A DNA stretch of 64,000 bases. Source: a virus (taxonomy: Duplodnaviria; Caudoviricetes). Below, piece by piece: positions 34,736-44,031 of the stretch (its first letter is position 1; every line of letters begins with the position of its first letter). The notes below the pieces were generated by a model. That model did not search any database. It was not told the DNA's origin and was given only the letters and a program-made list of their open reading frames with translations. Both the position numbers and the translations under genes were made by a program. The DNA lies in IMG/VR virus record IMGVR_UViG_3300028364_000013; one strand, given 5' to 3'.

Positions 34736-35852
34736 ACATTTCTTCTGTTTCTTCAGATATATCTTCAACTTCCATTCCCCACTCATGTGCGTGAGCAGCT
34801 TTATAAGCATCTTTATCTGCCTTTTCGTTTAAAATGAACCCATCGTCAGTACAAACAATTTTACCTTTTGTAGGCGTGGCGTTTGTAATATGGTTTTTCA
34901 TAACAATCAAATCTGTTAAAAGACCAAATCCATATTCAACCTTCTTGCTGACAGCTTTAATCTTACTTGACCTTCCAAGTATTCCTCCAGTTCTAAACAC
35001 AAGAGTAGATACATAATAAACACCATCTCCACCATAAGGAACCAAAGACGACTGTCCACCTGGAAATGTTGGAGGCGCAGTGTAAGCGTGATTAATTACA
35101 ATCAAAGTAGACGTATAAGGAAAACTTGCATTCCTTGTAGCATTTATTCTTGGCCCAAGGTATCTTGTTATTTCCTCACGAAGAACTCTGGCAGTAACCA
35201 TCATACCTCCACCACCTGAACCATCTTCCATTTTTCCAAGTTCTTTTTCAGAAGGCGTACCTCCGATAGAATCCCAAAGAAATAAAACATCATATGGTAG
35301 GTCTCCTTTTTCCTGCGCATCAAGAATTTCTTTCACATACTTACAACCTTCCTCAATAGTTGCAACGCCATTATGCACAATAGCTTCGTCAAAATTAACA
35401 CCCATCTTTTCGCCTCTTTCAAAGCTAAATTTATTTTCAGTGATAATAAATACTGGAACTATACCTTGTTTCTGAGCGAATGCAGCAGCTTCCAGAGCCA
35501 TTGTACTCTTACCTGTATCTGATTTCCCATAGTTCATTATTACGTGACCAGTTGGAATTCCAGGCAATTTTGTAACCTCTTTAAAAGCAGAGCTCATCCC
35601 AATCCACTCTTGAGGTTTATACTCAACAGATTTATGATTAACTTTCTTTTTGTAGTCACTTAATTTTGGAAACTTTTTCTTTAGTTTAGGAGCTTCTTCT
35701 TTGGTTTTTTTAACCTCTTCAAATACTTCTCCAGTAGAGATGCAGATTAAATCATCTCCTTCTTTTGTGTACTCTTCCTTAGAAGAGGAGTGGATGATTT
35801 TACCATCCACGTCCTCGAACCCCTCAGGAAGAGAGTTCTTCTTTTTTGCCAT
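34734..35852 (-). CDS. recA: RecA/UvsX-like recombinase
   Basis: YGKSDTGKST Walker A, LWDSIG Walker B, PYGG. Confidence 0.88.
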   Translation of the reverse strand: MAKKKNSLPEGFEDVDGKIIHSSSKEEYTKEGDDLICISTGEVFEEVKKTKEEAPKLKKKFPKLSDYKKKVNHKSVEYKPQEWIGMSSAFKEVTKLPGIPTGHVIMNYGKSDTGKSTMALEAAAFAQKQGIVPVFIITENKFSFERGEKMGVNFDEAIVHNGVATIEEGCKYVKEILDAQEKGDLPYDVLFLWDSIGGTPSEKELGKMEDGSGGGGMMVTARVLREEITRYLGPRINATRNASFPYTSTLIVINHAYTAPPTFPGGQSSLVPYGGDGVYYVSTLVFRTGGILGRSSKIKAVSKKVEYGFGLLTDLIVMKNHITNATPTKGKIVCTDDGFILNEKADKDAYKAAHAHEWGMEVEDISEETEEM

Positions 35853-35872
35853 GCTTATAAAATGTTAACTGA

Positions 35873-36289
35873 TTATTGACCTTGCTGACCGTTGTTCGGT
35901 TGTTGGGTATAGTTTTGTGCTTGTTGTTGAGCAACTTGTTGAGGAGCTTGTTCTGAAGCAGGAGCTGCATTCCATTCAATTTCCTTACCAGAGTTATCAG
36001 CCTTATTTCTTGTTCTAAGGTAAAATACGTCTGGATTTTCTTGTTGTTGCCCAAAGTTAACAGAAGCTTTACATCCATTACACTTAACTGTAGTGTATTT
36101 GAATTTCCCCTGAGCTACGTGCGCATCTAACACAAGGTCATCGCTACCGCAACATCCACATTTGTGAACATCATAGAATGACAACTTTTTTGATTCCATT
36201 ACCGCTTCATGAAGATTGCCACCTTCAACAGTAAATTCATAGGTTCTCTTACCTACTTTTTTTTCTATTTTCATTTTGAAATTTCCCAT
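35873..36289 (-). CDS. Hypothetical protein with two CxxC pairs and Gln-rich tail
   Basis: CGCC...CNGC; upstream of recA. Confidence 0.65.
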   Translation of the reverse strand: MGNFKMKIEKKVGKRTYEFTVEGGNLHEAVMESKKLSFYDVHKCGCCGSDDLVLDAHVAQGKFKYTTVKCNGCKASVNFGQQQENPDVFYLRTRNKADNSGKEIEWNAAPASEQAPQQVAQQQAQNYTQQPNNGQQGQ

Positions 36290-36400
36290 AATTTCCCATA
36301 ATTTCTATTATTTTCTTTAAATTATTATAATATAATATAGAAAATTAGATTACTAAAATCAAGTAAAAAATGAAAAAAAAGTAAAGTTTTTTATAAGTAA

Positions 36401-38038
36401 TTAGAAATAAACCCCTTCTGATGATAAATCTTTATAATTTACACCAGATTTGTAGTCAATTGAGAACATCATGCCTCTATGAAATGAAAGAATTTTAGCT
36501 ATTTCTTCGACAAGAAATTTTTCATCTGGATGCATGTCAAAAACAAGAGAATCATGAACTTGAAACAGAAAGCTGCTTGAATAGCCTTTTAGTAATTCTT
36601 TTATCTCACAAACTTTATCAATTACTATTTCAGAAGCTGTAGATTGAATGTAATTGTTAAATCCAGCATAAGATTTTTCTGGATTTATTATTGAACCCCA
36701 TTTGTTGATTATATACCCGTCAGCTTCCGCTTGAAGCATTAACTCCTTAGATTTGGAGAATAATGGGCTCAAGAATTCTTTGACCCTTAGCATCTTCTCA
36801 ATTGGATATTCTTCTCCTTTAAGCTTTTTTAATACAGTAGCCTCGCTTGCTCCATAAAGTATAGAGTGATTTACGAGTTTTGCAACATCTCTTTGCTCTG
36901 GCGTAAACTCCATTGATTCAAAAATAATCCTGGCAGTCTCAGAGTGCAAATCTTTATCATAAAACCTTTGAATAAACTCCTCGTCTTCACTAAGGTACAA
37001 CGCAATTCTCACCTCAAAAGAAGTGTAGTCAAATTGATATATCCTACCATTTCTAAATTTAGAAATTATCTTTGTTCTTTCTTCGTTGCTTTTTGAAAGG
37101 TTTTGAGGATTATACCTGTCCTTGCTTGTTATCCTTCCTGTAATTGTTCTTTTGTTTGAATAGTTTATTTTGGCAAGCTTTGCGTTTTCACGATAAATGA
37201 AATCAAGATTTTTATCAAAATCATACACAAAAGGTATGTATCTTGTAGACATCCATCTTGTTATTTTGTCTCTAACGCACATTCTTTTAAAAAAGACTTC
37301 TTCATCATCATCAAGACTTAAATCATCAAGAGGTATTTTGCTCATTAGAAACGGGACATATTTACTGATGTTTACATTTGTAATTATTTGAAAATATTTC
37401 AAAGGAGTCTCTACTCCAAATTTAATCCACCTGATAATATCAAGAGTTCTGATGTCTCCAAGAGAATCAAGGTCAACATAATCCTCTATTCCATCATGAG
37501 AATAAATTAAACAATTCATGCTATTAAAAACCTTTGATAGCTCTAATCTATAATTACCTTCTGTAAGAAACATATTTTTTACATTTACAATGTAATTTTT
37601 GTTTCCATTCCGCATGTATAAAGCTCCTTCATTGAAGTGTATGTAAGTTATAATTTTCTCATCTATAACATCATCAACAAACTTACTAAAGCTACCATGA
37701 ACAAGTGAATCAAACAAATCATAATCCGATGGAAGCCATGCGTATAAGTTTTTGTTTACAAATTCTTCAATATTTCTATGAAAGTTTTGACCTTGTATTT
37801 CTGAAGCTTCAACAGAATTATAGGTCCAATATAGATTTTCAGAAACTTCACTGTCACTTATTTTCTGATTAGGAAAATTACTCTTCATAAAATTCCACCC
37901 CACCATTAGTGTAGCAACTTCATAATATCCATCATCTGGTATTTTTGTGGTAATTTCAACAGGATAACCGCCTAAGAACTGTTTTAAGTCATTAGCTGAT
38001 TCTATCGTGTCTACTATAATTTTGCAAATCCTAAACAT
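36401..38038 (-). CDS. polA: Family A DNA polymerase-like protein
   Basis: TITGRI, NPQNL, motif A FDYTSFEVRI, motif B RDVAKLVNHSILYG, NYIQSTAS, motif C QVHDSL. Confidence 0.85.
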   Translation of the reverse strand: MFRICKIIVDTIESANDLKQFLGGYPVEITTKIPDDGYYEVATLMVGWNFMKSNFPNQKISDSEVSENLYWTYNSVEASEIQGQNFHRNIEEFVNKNLYAWLPSDYDLFDSLVHGSFSKFVDDVIDEKIITYIHFNEGALYMRNGNKNYIVNVKNMFLTEGNYRLELSKVFNSMNCLIYSHDGIEDYVDLDSLGDIRTLDIIRWIKFGVETPLKYFQIITNVNISKYVPFLMSKIPLDDLSLDDDEEVFFKRMCVRDKITRWMSTRYIPFVYDFDKNLDFIYRENAKLAKINYSNKRTITGRITSKDRYNPQNLSKSNEERTKIISKFRNGRIYQFDYTSFEVRIALYLSEDEEFIQRFYDKDLHSETARIIFESMEFTPEQRDVAKLVNHSILYGASEATVLKKLKGEEYPIEKMLRVKEFLSPLFSKSKELMLQAEADGYIINKWGSIINPEKSYAGFNNYIQSTASEIVIDKVCEIKELLKGYSSSFLFQVHDSLVFDMHPDEKFLVEEIAKILSFHRGMMFSIDYKSGVNYKDLSSEGVYF

Positions 38039-38058
38039 ATTTGCAAATATAGTAAAAA

Positions 38059-38628
38059 TTATCTCTTTTTTATAACTACTATGTAATTATTTGGATTTTT
38101 AGGATATGAACCATCTGTATTAAGATTTATACGAATATCAACTTTATTTGTATTTTCTAAGTTTCCACCAGCAAGCTTTGCTACATTTCCAATTACTTCA
38201 TAAACCACATCGCTGTGAGTGTCTGTATATGAACCGCTTCTTGGTTTTCCAAGAATATCTCCAATCTGAGATAATATAGGCTCCCTCTCTCTTGAGAGTG
38301 AATAAGCTTTATATGATAATGAGCCGTTTTTATTCCTATTTTCTTTTGCTTTTAAAAAATACTCTCTGTGCGCAGAGGATTTTGGGAAAGTAGAATCAAC
38401 TCTCGTCATAACATAAGATATGTAAGCAGCTGACCATGGCCACTTATTTTGAGTGGCAGTATCACTCATCTGCTCTTCTGACATGTTAAGACCCAAATTA
38501 TCCCAATAATTTTTCAACATTGGGTACGCCTCTGGAACTTTTTCGTTTAAATTGCCGTTTTTCCATTTTAACGCTTCTTGTTTTATAATTGTAGTTAATT
38601 TAGAAAAGTTTACTTCACTTTTAATCAT
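38059..38628 (-). CDS. DUF2272/CHAP-like putative cell-wall amidase
   Basis: PWSAAYISYV, SSAHREY, HSDVV, GGNL. Confidence 0.65.
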   Translation of the reverse strand: MIKSEVNFSKLTTIIKQEALKWKNGNLNEKVPEAYPMLKNYWDNLGLNMSEEQMSDTATQNKWPWSAAYISYVMTRVDSTFPKSSAHREYFLKAKENRNKNGSLSYKAYSLSREREPILSQIGDILGKPRSGSYTDTHSDVVYEVIGNVAKLAGGNLENTNKVDIRINLNTDGSYPKNPNNYIVVIKKR

Positions 38629-38640
38629 AATAAAATTTTT

Positions 38641-41600
38641 TTATATATCTAATCCAGATTCAATGTCAATCATTACATTAGTTCCTTGAGCCACTGCTGC
38701 ACCTGCCGCAACTGATGCTGCCGTAGGTTTATCAATAGGTATTCCAAGCTTATCTGGAAGCCCGTACCACTTAGAGCCTTTTCTGCTATCATATTGAAAT
38801 TGCGCTTTCCCTGGTCTATATTCCCAGTGCCATTCTTCAGAAGTCACAGTTCTTACGAACCCAAACTTATAAGCATTTAAAACAAGCCATTCATAAATAG
38901 GCATTATAACACCTCCAAATTTAGCACCCTTACAGTTGAGGTCAATTGCAAGTCCTGAATTGTGATTAGAATATCCTGGACGTGCTGTTGCTGGGTCGAA
39001 ATTACCAGAACTTGCAGTTCTTAGATAATTATCATCATTCTTTTTGTTTTTATTTATTACGTTCTGTTTTCTTAAATTATACTGAGCAGTAGATATAAAC
39101 CTTCCATTACCATCTATAACATTATTAAAAGGGTCTCTATACCCACTACTAAGATGTAAGTCAATTCCATCTGCTACCGCAGCTATTTGCATAGCTTTAT
39201 ATGCAGACAATATCTGAGCGGTTAATGGATATTTGTCAAAAATATATAATTGTTCAGAACCGATAACAGCACCACCCGACCATAGGTCTCTAACCCCAAG
39301 AGAAGTATCATAAGAAGATGTCAATTCATTCAATGGTAATTTTGGCACAGAAAGAGCCACTGGTCCTCCTGAATTTCCATTTACAAATTCTTGACCAAGA
39401 TAATCTGCTGCATTTGCAGAGAAACTACCAGTCACAGCAACAAGAGCTTCTGTAAAGTTCTTTAAAGCATCTCTTGCAGCTTGGTCAAACCCTTGAGGAA
39501 TAGCAAGAGGAGCTTCTGATTCTCCAAGCGCCCTAAATGTATCAAGCGTTACTGGCTTAATAGAACCATATCCACTACCAGGAGAGAATCTCATTCTAAT
39601 CCCCTCTAAAGATGTGTCCATATTATTTGGTGATATAGAGTGCTTAACTTTCATAACTTGATAAAGGCCTCCAAACAATGGAGAATTTTCAAGGAAGAAA
39701 AATTGCATTGGATAAACTTGAGAATTACCAAGAACATCAATAGTCGCTTTGTATGAACGACCAGCAAGAACAGGAAGCATTGAACAGTCTGTTGTTACTT
39801 TTTTGTTCTGATTTTCATTGTCAACCAACCTTTGAAGGTTGACGATGCTTTCGGCAGTAACTTTATTATCTTCAGTTCCAACTGATATGTTTTTTACGAT
39901 TTGATTATCTGGATGACCATACTTAATAACATATGAACCAACATTGTAGGCTTTTTGCTTATCACTAAAAGCAATTGAAGTTCCGTCAGCATTCTTTGTC
40001 TTAGTCCTTGATTCTGGGGTTGGAGTAAATAATACGTGAAAGAAATTTCTAACCTGAAGATTTGCAAGTTTTGAGCTTGGGCTCCAAATGTTAGCAACAT
40101 CCAAGTATCCTGGATTTCCAGGAATTGGAATAAATAAAAAGTTATTCTTGGAACACACCTGTTGTATTATATTCAAAATACTTGTATTAGCATTTGGCTT
40201 ATAAAGCGGTTCTAAATTTATAATAGAATCTCTTACAACAATTGGCTCCCCTGGATTGTTAATCCTTTGCATAGGATAATCATATACAAAAGTTCCGTTT
40301 GGAACTCCTTGAGCGCTTTGTGAACTTCCTATGTTTACAGAAACCTGGTCTGTTCCTGGTGGAAATAGTTCAACTAAATCTTCTGCAGTAGCATCTGTAC
40401 CCTCAGCATATTCTTCTTTAGTTACCCAAACTTTTTCATCCCTTAAAAGGTCTACGTGATTATCTCCAAACCTTGCCTCAAGAGCTTCAGCTACATTAAA
40501 CACCTTAGCTTTGGCATCATCCCCTTCTGCCCCCTTGTGTTCATCAACATCTCCACATAAAGCTCCGTTGCTATCTATGTTATCGCTATAGGATAGCGAC
40601 TGCCATTGATGGAACAATACGTGCATTTGCTTATAAATAGCAGCCTCGCTATCTCCAGCCTTACCTAATACTTCTCCAATAATTTGATTTCTCTTATCAA
40701 TAATGTCATCCAACTTCTGAAGAAGAACGTCACACGCCTTTCTAACAAAAGCTCTATGATTTCTCCCACTTTGACTTGGGCTAAAAATTCCAAATACAAG
40801 ACCAGAATCTGGGTCAGTACCACTATGTGCCGCAATTGTATACCCTATGTTTCCAGTGTAATCAACACCGTCTTGATTTGTTGTTTGGTTTGGGTTATCT
40901 TGCGGATTTTCTTTAATAGAATTATTCCATTTAATATTTGTTGCCGCAAAAAGCGTAACCAAAGGGTCTTTAGAGCCGAAAAAACCTGGAGCTGGGTCTT
41001 TCATCTCATCAAAATCAACTACATTTCCAGCTCTACTTTGAGTCGTACCATCTCTATATCCCACAAGAGACCCTATTCTGTTAAGTATAAACTTAGGAGA
41101 GTTATCTAAAGCAGTAGTTTTATCTCCCTCATCTCCGTATTTAGCATTAATAGGGACATATCCAAGCGGTTCATTTTGACCAGCATCAGTAATGTCTTTA
41201 TCTGAATTTTTAAACTCACCATCTGTTGGTGCAGAATTAGCCTCTTGAGCTCTTTTGTTGTCTTCTCCTCTAAAAAACACAGCCATGTATTCATTGCCAT
41301 TTGATGTCGGGAATGTATAGCCAATTCTATTATTTACTATTCTTGTTGCTGTATATTTACTGTCAACAAAAGATAGTGGATTTTGAGCATTTCTAATTCC
41401 AGAAGGAGAAAGACTTTTAGCGTCAGACAGCGAATTACTTTGATTGTTTGCTAAATTTTGAGCTTCGTTTTGAACTGCCTGTATTTGGTCTTCTCTTTTA
41501 GACTCTTCTTCCTCATAAGTATTAAATACAAGATTTCCATTTACAAGAGTCACATTATCTCCTAAAAAAACCTCAGGAACAGCAAGCTCTCCCCATATCT

Positions 41601-43662
41601 GCTTGAATGTGAGTGTCTCATATCCAAGAGCTGCATTCTCTTCTTTTGTTCTTAATTGTATCTCATCATCTTCGCTGGCTTCAAAAGCGTCTAAAACATT
41701 AGGAAACCCATCATCTCCAGCAGGGTCTGAAGGGCTTTGTAAAACTACTTGCCAATCATCTGGGCTTTGGTTTCCAAAATAACTCATTCCAGACCCAAGA
41801 AATGCTGTTGTAGCTGCTGCATCTGCAAACCCAAATCCTCCTGGAACTATTTGAAGGCCTGAATCCCCATTTGGATGCGCCATTGATGCTGCGTCTTGAG
41901 TAAATGCGTTGGACATAAAAAGGCAATACCTTCTTAATAATAAAAAATCAACATCAGAAAGGTTTCCAAGTATTGAATCAGTTATGTTCTGAATATCCCT
42001 CTCTGCAAGCTCTTCAATTGACGAAACATCATCTCTATCAACTTTCCAAATATCTCCACCAAAATCTCCTGGTAAATTTGGGTCACTACTTCTTGTCATA
42101 TAAGCAACAATGCCACCCCTAACAAGTATGTTTGATGCTATGTTTGGATAATATGATTTATAAGGATTTGAGGATGACATTTCAATGTTATTAATCCTTT
42201 GCTTGAGTGCTGCATCATCTTGTCCAGACTGAGCGTTATTTACAAGCAAATCTTTTGCAATACCCTCACTAATAGCAATGATAAAATTTTTTACAAACTC
42301 CATTTCGTGTTCGTCAACACCAATTTCAACACCGTCAGCACCTTGTGCTCCTTCTAAATTCTTCTTTGTTGCTGGAAGTTCATCTCCATCATCATTCAAA
42401 ACCAAAGGAAATGATTCTCCAATAAGAATTTGCTTATTTACTAACAACTCATCTCTGGCCGCTTGTCTGTCACTACTCCCTCTGTATCCATCAAGTCCAG
42501 CATCAAGAATACTTCCCATTAAAAAGGCAGAATCTTTTGCTATTTGTGAAAATATTTCTCCTATAGTAATTTTCTCAAGCTTCTTTTCTGATGAAGCAAA
42601 AACTCTCCTTTTTATTTCATCATCAATCTTTTGAAGATTGTCTGATATAAGACCGAGAGTTTGAGTCTTAGCTGAATCAATTGGAATTCTAAGCGTAGGA
42701 TTATTAAACGCCTTATTAAATGAAGCGAAATTACTTGTTACAACACCAAACCTCGTAAATCCATTAACATTTACTCCGTTTGCATTTATCTTAAGAGATA
42801 ATAACAAATAAGTATTTAATGCATTTAAGGTTGTTGCCTCTTTAAGCTTGCTCTCAATAAGTGGTATTGAATTTACGTCATCTCCAAAATCAGCTATATT
42901 AGGAATTGTAATAGTTTGAAATCCTACTACCGACTGATTGTTTACAGAGCCAATAACTTCTTCTCCAGGTTCTAAAATATTTGTAACAGTAAGAGCTCTA
43001 CCTAAGTTAGACTTCATGCTACCCAGTTTCTTAACCAGGTCATCAAACTCTTTTGTTGTATCCTGTGTTTTAACCTCAACCTGCTTACCTATTTTAATAA
43101 GGTCAAAGATGCTTGTTACAGCATCATCATTTCCTGGTCCAAGCCTATCTTTTCTTAATCTTTTTGCTGCAAGCAAATATAAGAAAGGTAAATCAGCAAA
43201 GAATCCCCATTGATTTGGTACAAACTCGCATTTAACGTCATAAGAGCCATCGCTTCCATTAAATGAAGTAGATGTCCTCTTTAGGTTAAGTAACCACGTA
43301 GACGGCTCCCCAAGGTATCCCTTGTAGGAAAATAAGAACTTTGGTGGTGGCCAGTTGAATAATACAGAATAGTCAATAGAAACATTGCTATCTGTTGGAT
43401 GCCTGTCTTGACCTCCGAAAATAGTTTGACCATACAAATCTTTAAACACAATTGTTACAAGAGGTTGTAGTGAAGTGTTAATCTCAATATCAATTGATGT
43501 GATACCAAAACCAACGCTTTGTCTGAAGAATTCTGCACTAAACAGTTTTCTTCCAAGAAAATCAAACGTACTCCCTCCAACGCAAGCTTCAAGCCTAACG
43601 TCAATAAAGAGGTCTTTCATACGAAAACCATCTGGCTGTGGATTTACTGGTGCTCTTCCCAT
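38641..43662 (-). CDS. Large baseplate/hub-like virion protein with C-terminal M15 (VanY-like) peptidase
   Basis: C-terminal SSGYRD...ARPGYSNHNSGLAIDL...EEWHWEY; located in the tail module. Confidence 0.75.
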   Translation of the reverse strand: MGRAPVNPQPDGFRMKDLFIDVRLEACVGGSTFDFLGRKLFSAEFFRQSVGFGITSIDIEINTSLQPLVTIVFKDLYGQTIFGGQDRHPTDSNVSIDYSVLFNWPPPKFLFSYKGYLGEPSTWLLNLKRTSTSFNGSDGSYDVKCEFVPNQWGFFADLPFLYLLAAKRLRKDRLGPGNDDAVTSIFDLIKIGKQVEVKTQDTTKEFDDLVKKLGSMKSNLGRALTVTNILEPGEEVIGSVNNQSVVGFQTITIPNIADFGDDVNSIPLIESKLKEATTLNALNTYLLLSLKINANGVNVNGFTRFGVVTSNFASFNKAFNNPTLRIPIDSAKTQTLGLISDNLQKIDDEIKRRVFASSEKKLEKITIGEIFSQIAKDSAFLMGSILDAGLDGYRGSSDRQAARDELLVNKQILIGESFPLVLNDDGDELPATKKNLEGAQGADGVEIGVDEHEMEFVKNFIIAISEGIAKDLLVNNAQSGQDDAALKQRINNIEMSSSNPYKSYYPNIASNILVRGGIVAYMTRSSDPNLPGDFGGDIWKVDRDDVSSIEELAERDIQNITDSILGNLSDVDFLLLRRYCLFMSNAFTQDAASMAHPNGDSGLQIVPGGFGFADAAATTAFLGSGMSYFGNQSPDDWQVVLQSPSDPAGDDGFPNVLDAFEASEDDEIQLRTKEENAALGYETLTFKQIWGELAVPEVFLGDNVTLVNGNLVFNTYEEEESKREDQIQAVQNEAQNLANNQSNSLSDAKSLSPSGIRNAQNPLSFVDSKYTATRIVNNRIGYTFPTSNGNEYMAVFFRGEDNKRAQEANSAPTDGEFKNSDKDITDAGQNEPLGYVPINAKYGDEGDKTTALDNSPKFILNRIGSLVGYRDGTTQSRAGNVVDFDEMKDPAPGFFGSKDPLVTLFAATNIKWNNSIKENPQDNPNQTTNQDGVDYTGNIGYTIAAHSGTDPDSGLVFGIFSPSQSGRNHRAFVRKACDVLLQKLDDIIDKRNQIIGEVLGKAGDSEAAIYKQMHVLFHQWQSLSYSDNIDSNGALCGDVDEHKGAEGDDAKAKVFNVAEALEARFGDNHVDLLRDEKVWVTKEEYAEGTDATAEDLVELFPPGTDQVSVNIGSSQSAQGVPNGTFVYDYPMQRINNPGEPIVVRDSIINLEPLYKPNANTSILNIIQQVCSKNNFLFIPIPGNPGYLDVANIWSPSSKLANLQVRNFFHVLFTPTPESRTKTKNADGTSIAFSDKQKAYNVGSYVIKYGHPDNQIVKNISVGTEDNKVTAESIVNLQRLVDNENQNKKVTTDCSMLPVLAGRSYKATIDVLGNSQVYPMQFFFLENSPLFGGLYQVMKVKHSISPNNMDTSLEGIRMRFSPGSGYGSIKPVTLDTFRALGESEAPLAIPQGFDQAARDALKNFTEALVAVTGSFSANAADYLGQEFVNGNSGGPVALSVPKLPLNELTSSYDTSLGVRDLWSGGAVIGSEQLYIFDKYPLTAQILSAYKAMQIAAVADGIDLHLSSGYRDPFNNVIDGNGRFISTAQYNLRKQNVINKNKKNDDNYLRTASSGNFDPATARPGYSNHNSGLAIDLNCKGAKFGGVIMPIYEWLVLNAYKFGFVRTVTSEEWHWEYRPGKAQFQYDSRKGSKWYGLPDKLGIPIDKPTAASVAAGAAVAQGTNVMIDIESGLDI

Positions 43663-43664
43663 AT

Positions 43665-43970
43665 TTATCCTCTATCTCTTGTTGCAACAATTTTTATATT
43701 CACTTCATTCAATACATCCTGAAGCGGGAACGGAACCCTAATCGCAGTATTGTCTGGAATATCAAACTCCATAAAGTATTCTGGATTGGCCCAAAGTATT
43801 AACCTCCAAAACGTTTCATCTCTATATATATCTCCAGCAATAGTATCTAACCTATTTTTTTGTTGATTGTATATAATGACTCTATCGGTATGTCTCTTTT
43901 TTATTAAAACAGGAGGCATATCTTTTAATTTGTCGTTTGACTTTAATAGACTGTAGAAATTGAATGGCAT
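43665..43970 (-). CDS. LysM-like baseplate wedge (gp53/tail X-like) protein
   Basis: RLDTIAGDIYRDETFWRLILWANP. Confidence 0.7.
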   Translation of the reverse strand: MPFNFYSLLKSNDKLKDMPPVLIKKRHTDRVIIYNQQKNRLDTIAGDIYRDETFWRLILWANPEYFMEFDIPDNTAIRVPFPLQDVLNEVNIKIVATRDRG

Positions 43971-44031
43971 AATTATTTACTTTTCTATAAATAATAAGAA
44001 TAAAAAAAGTGAAAACAAAGCCTATTACAGA

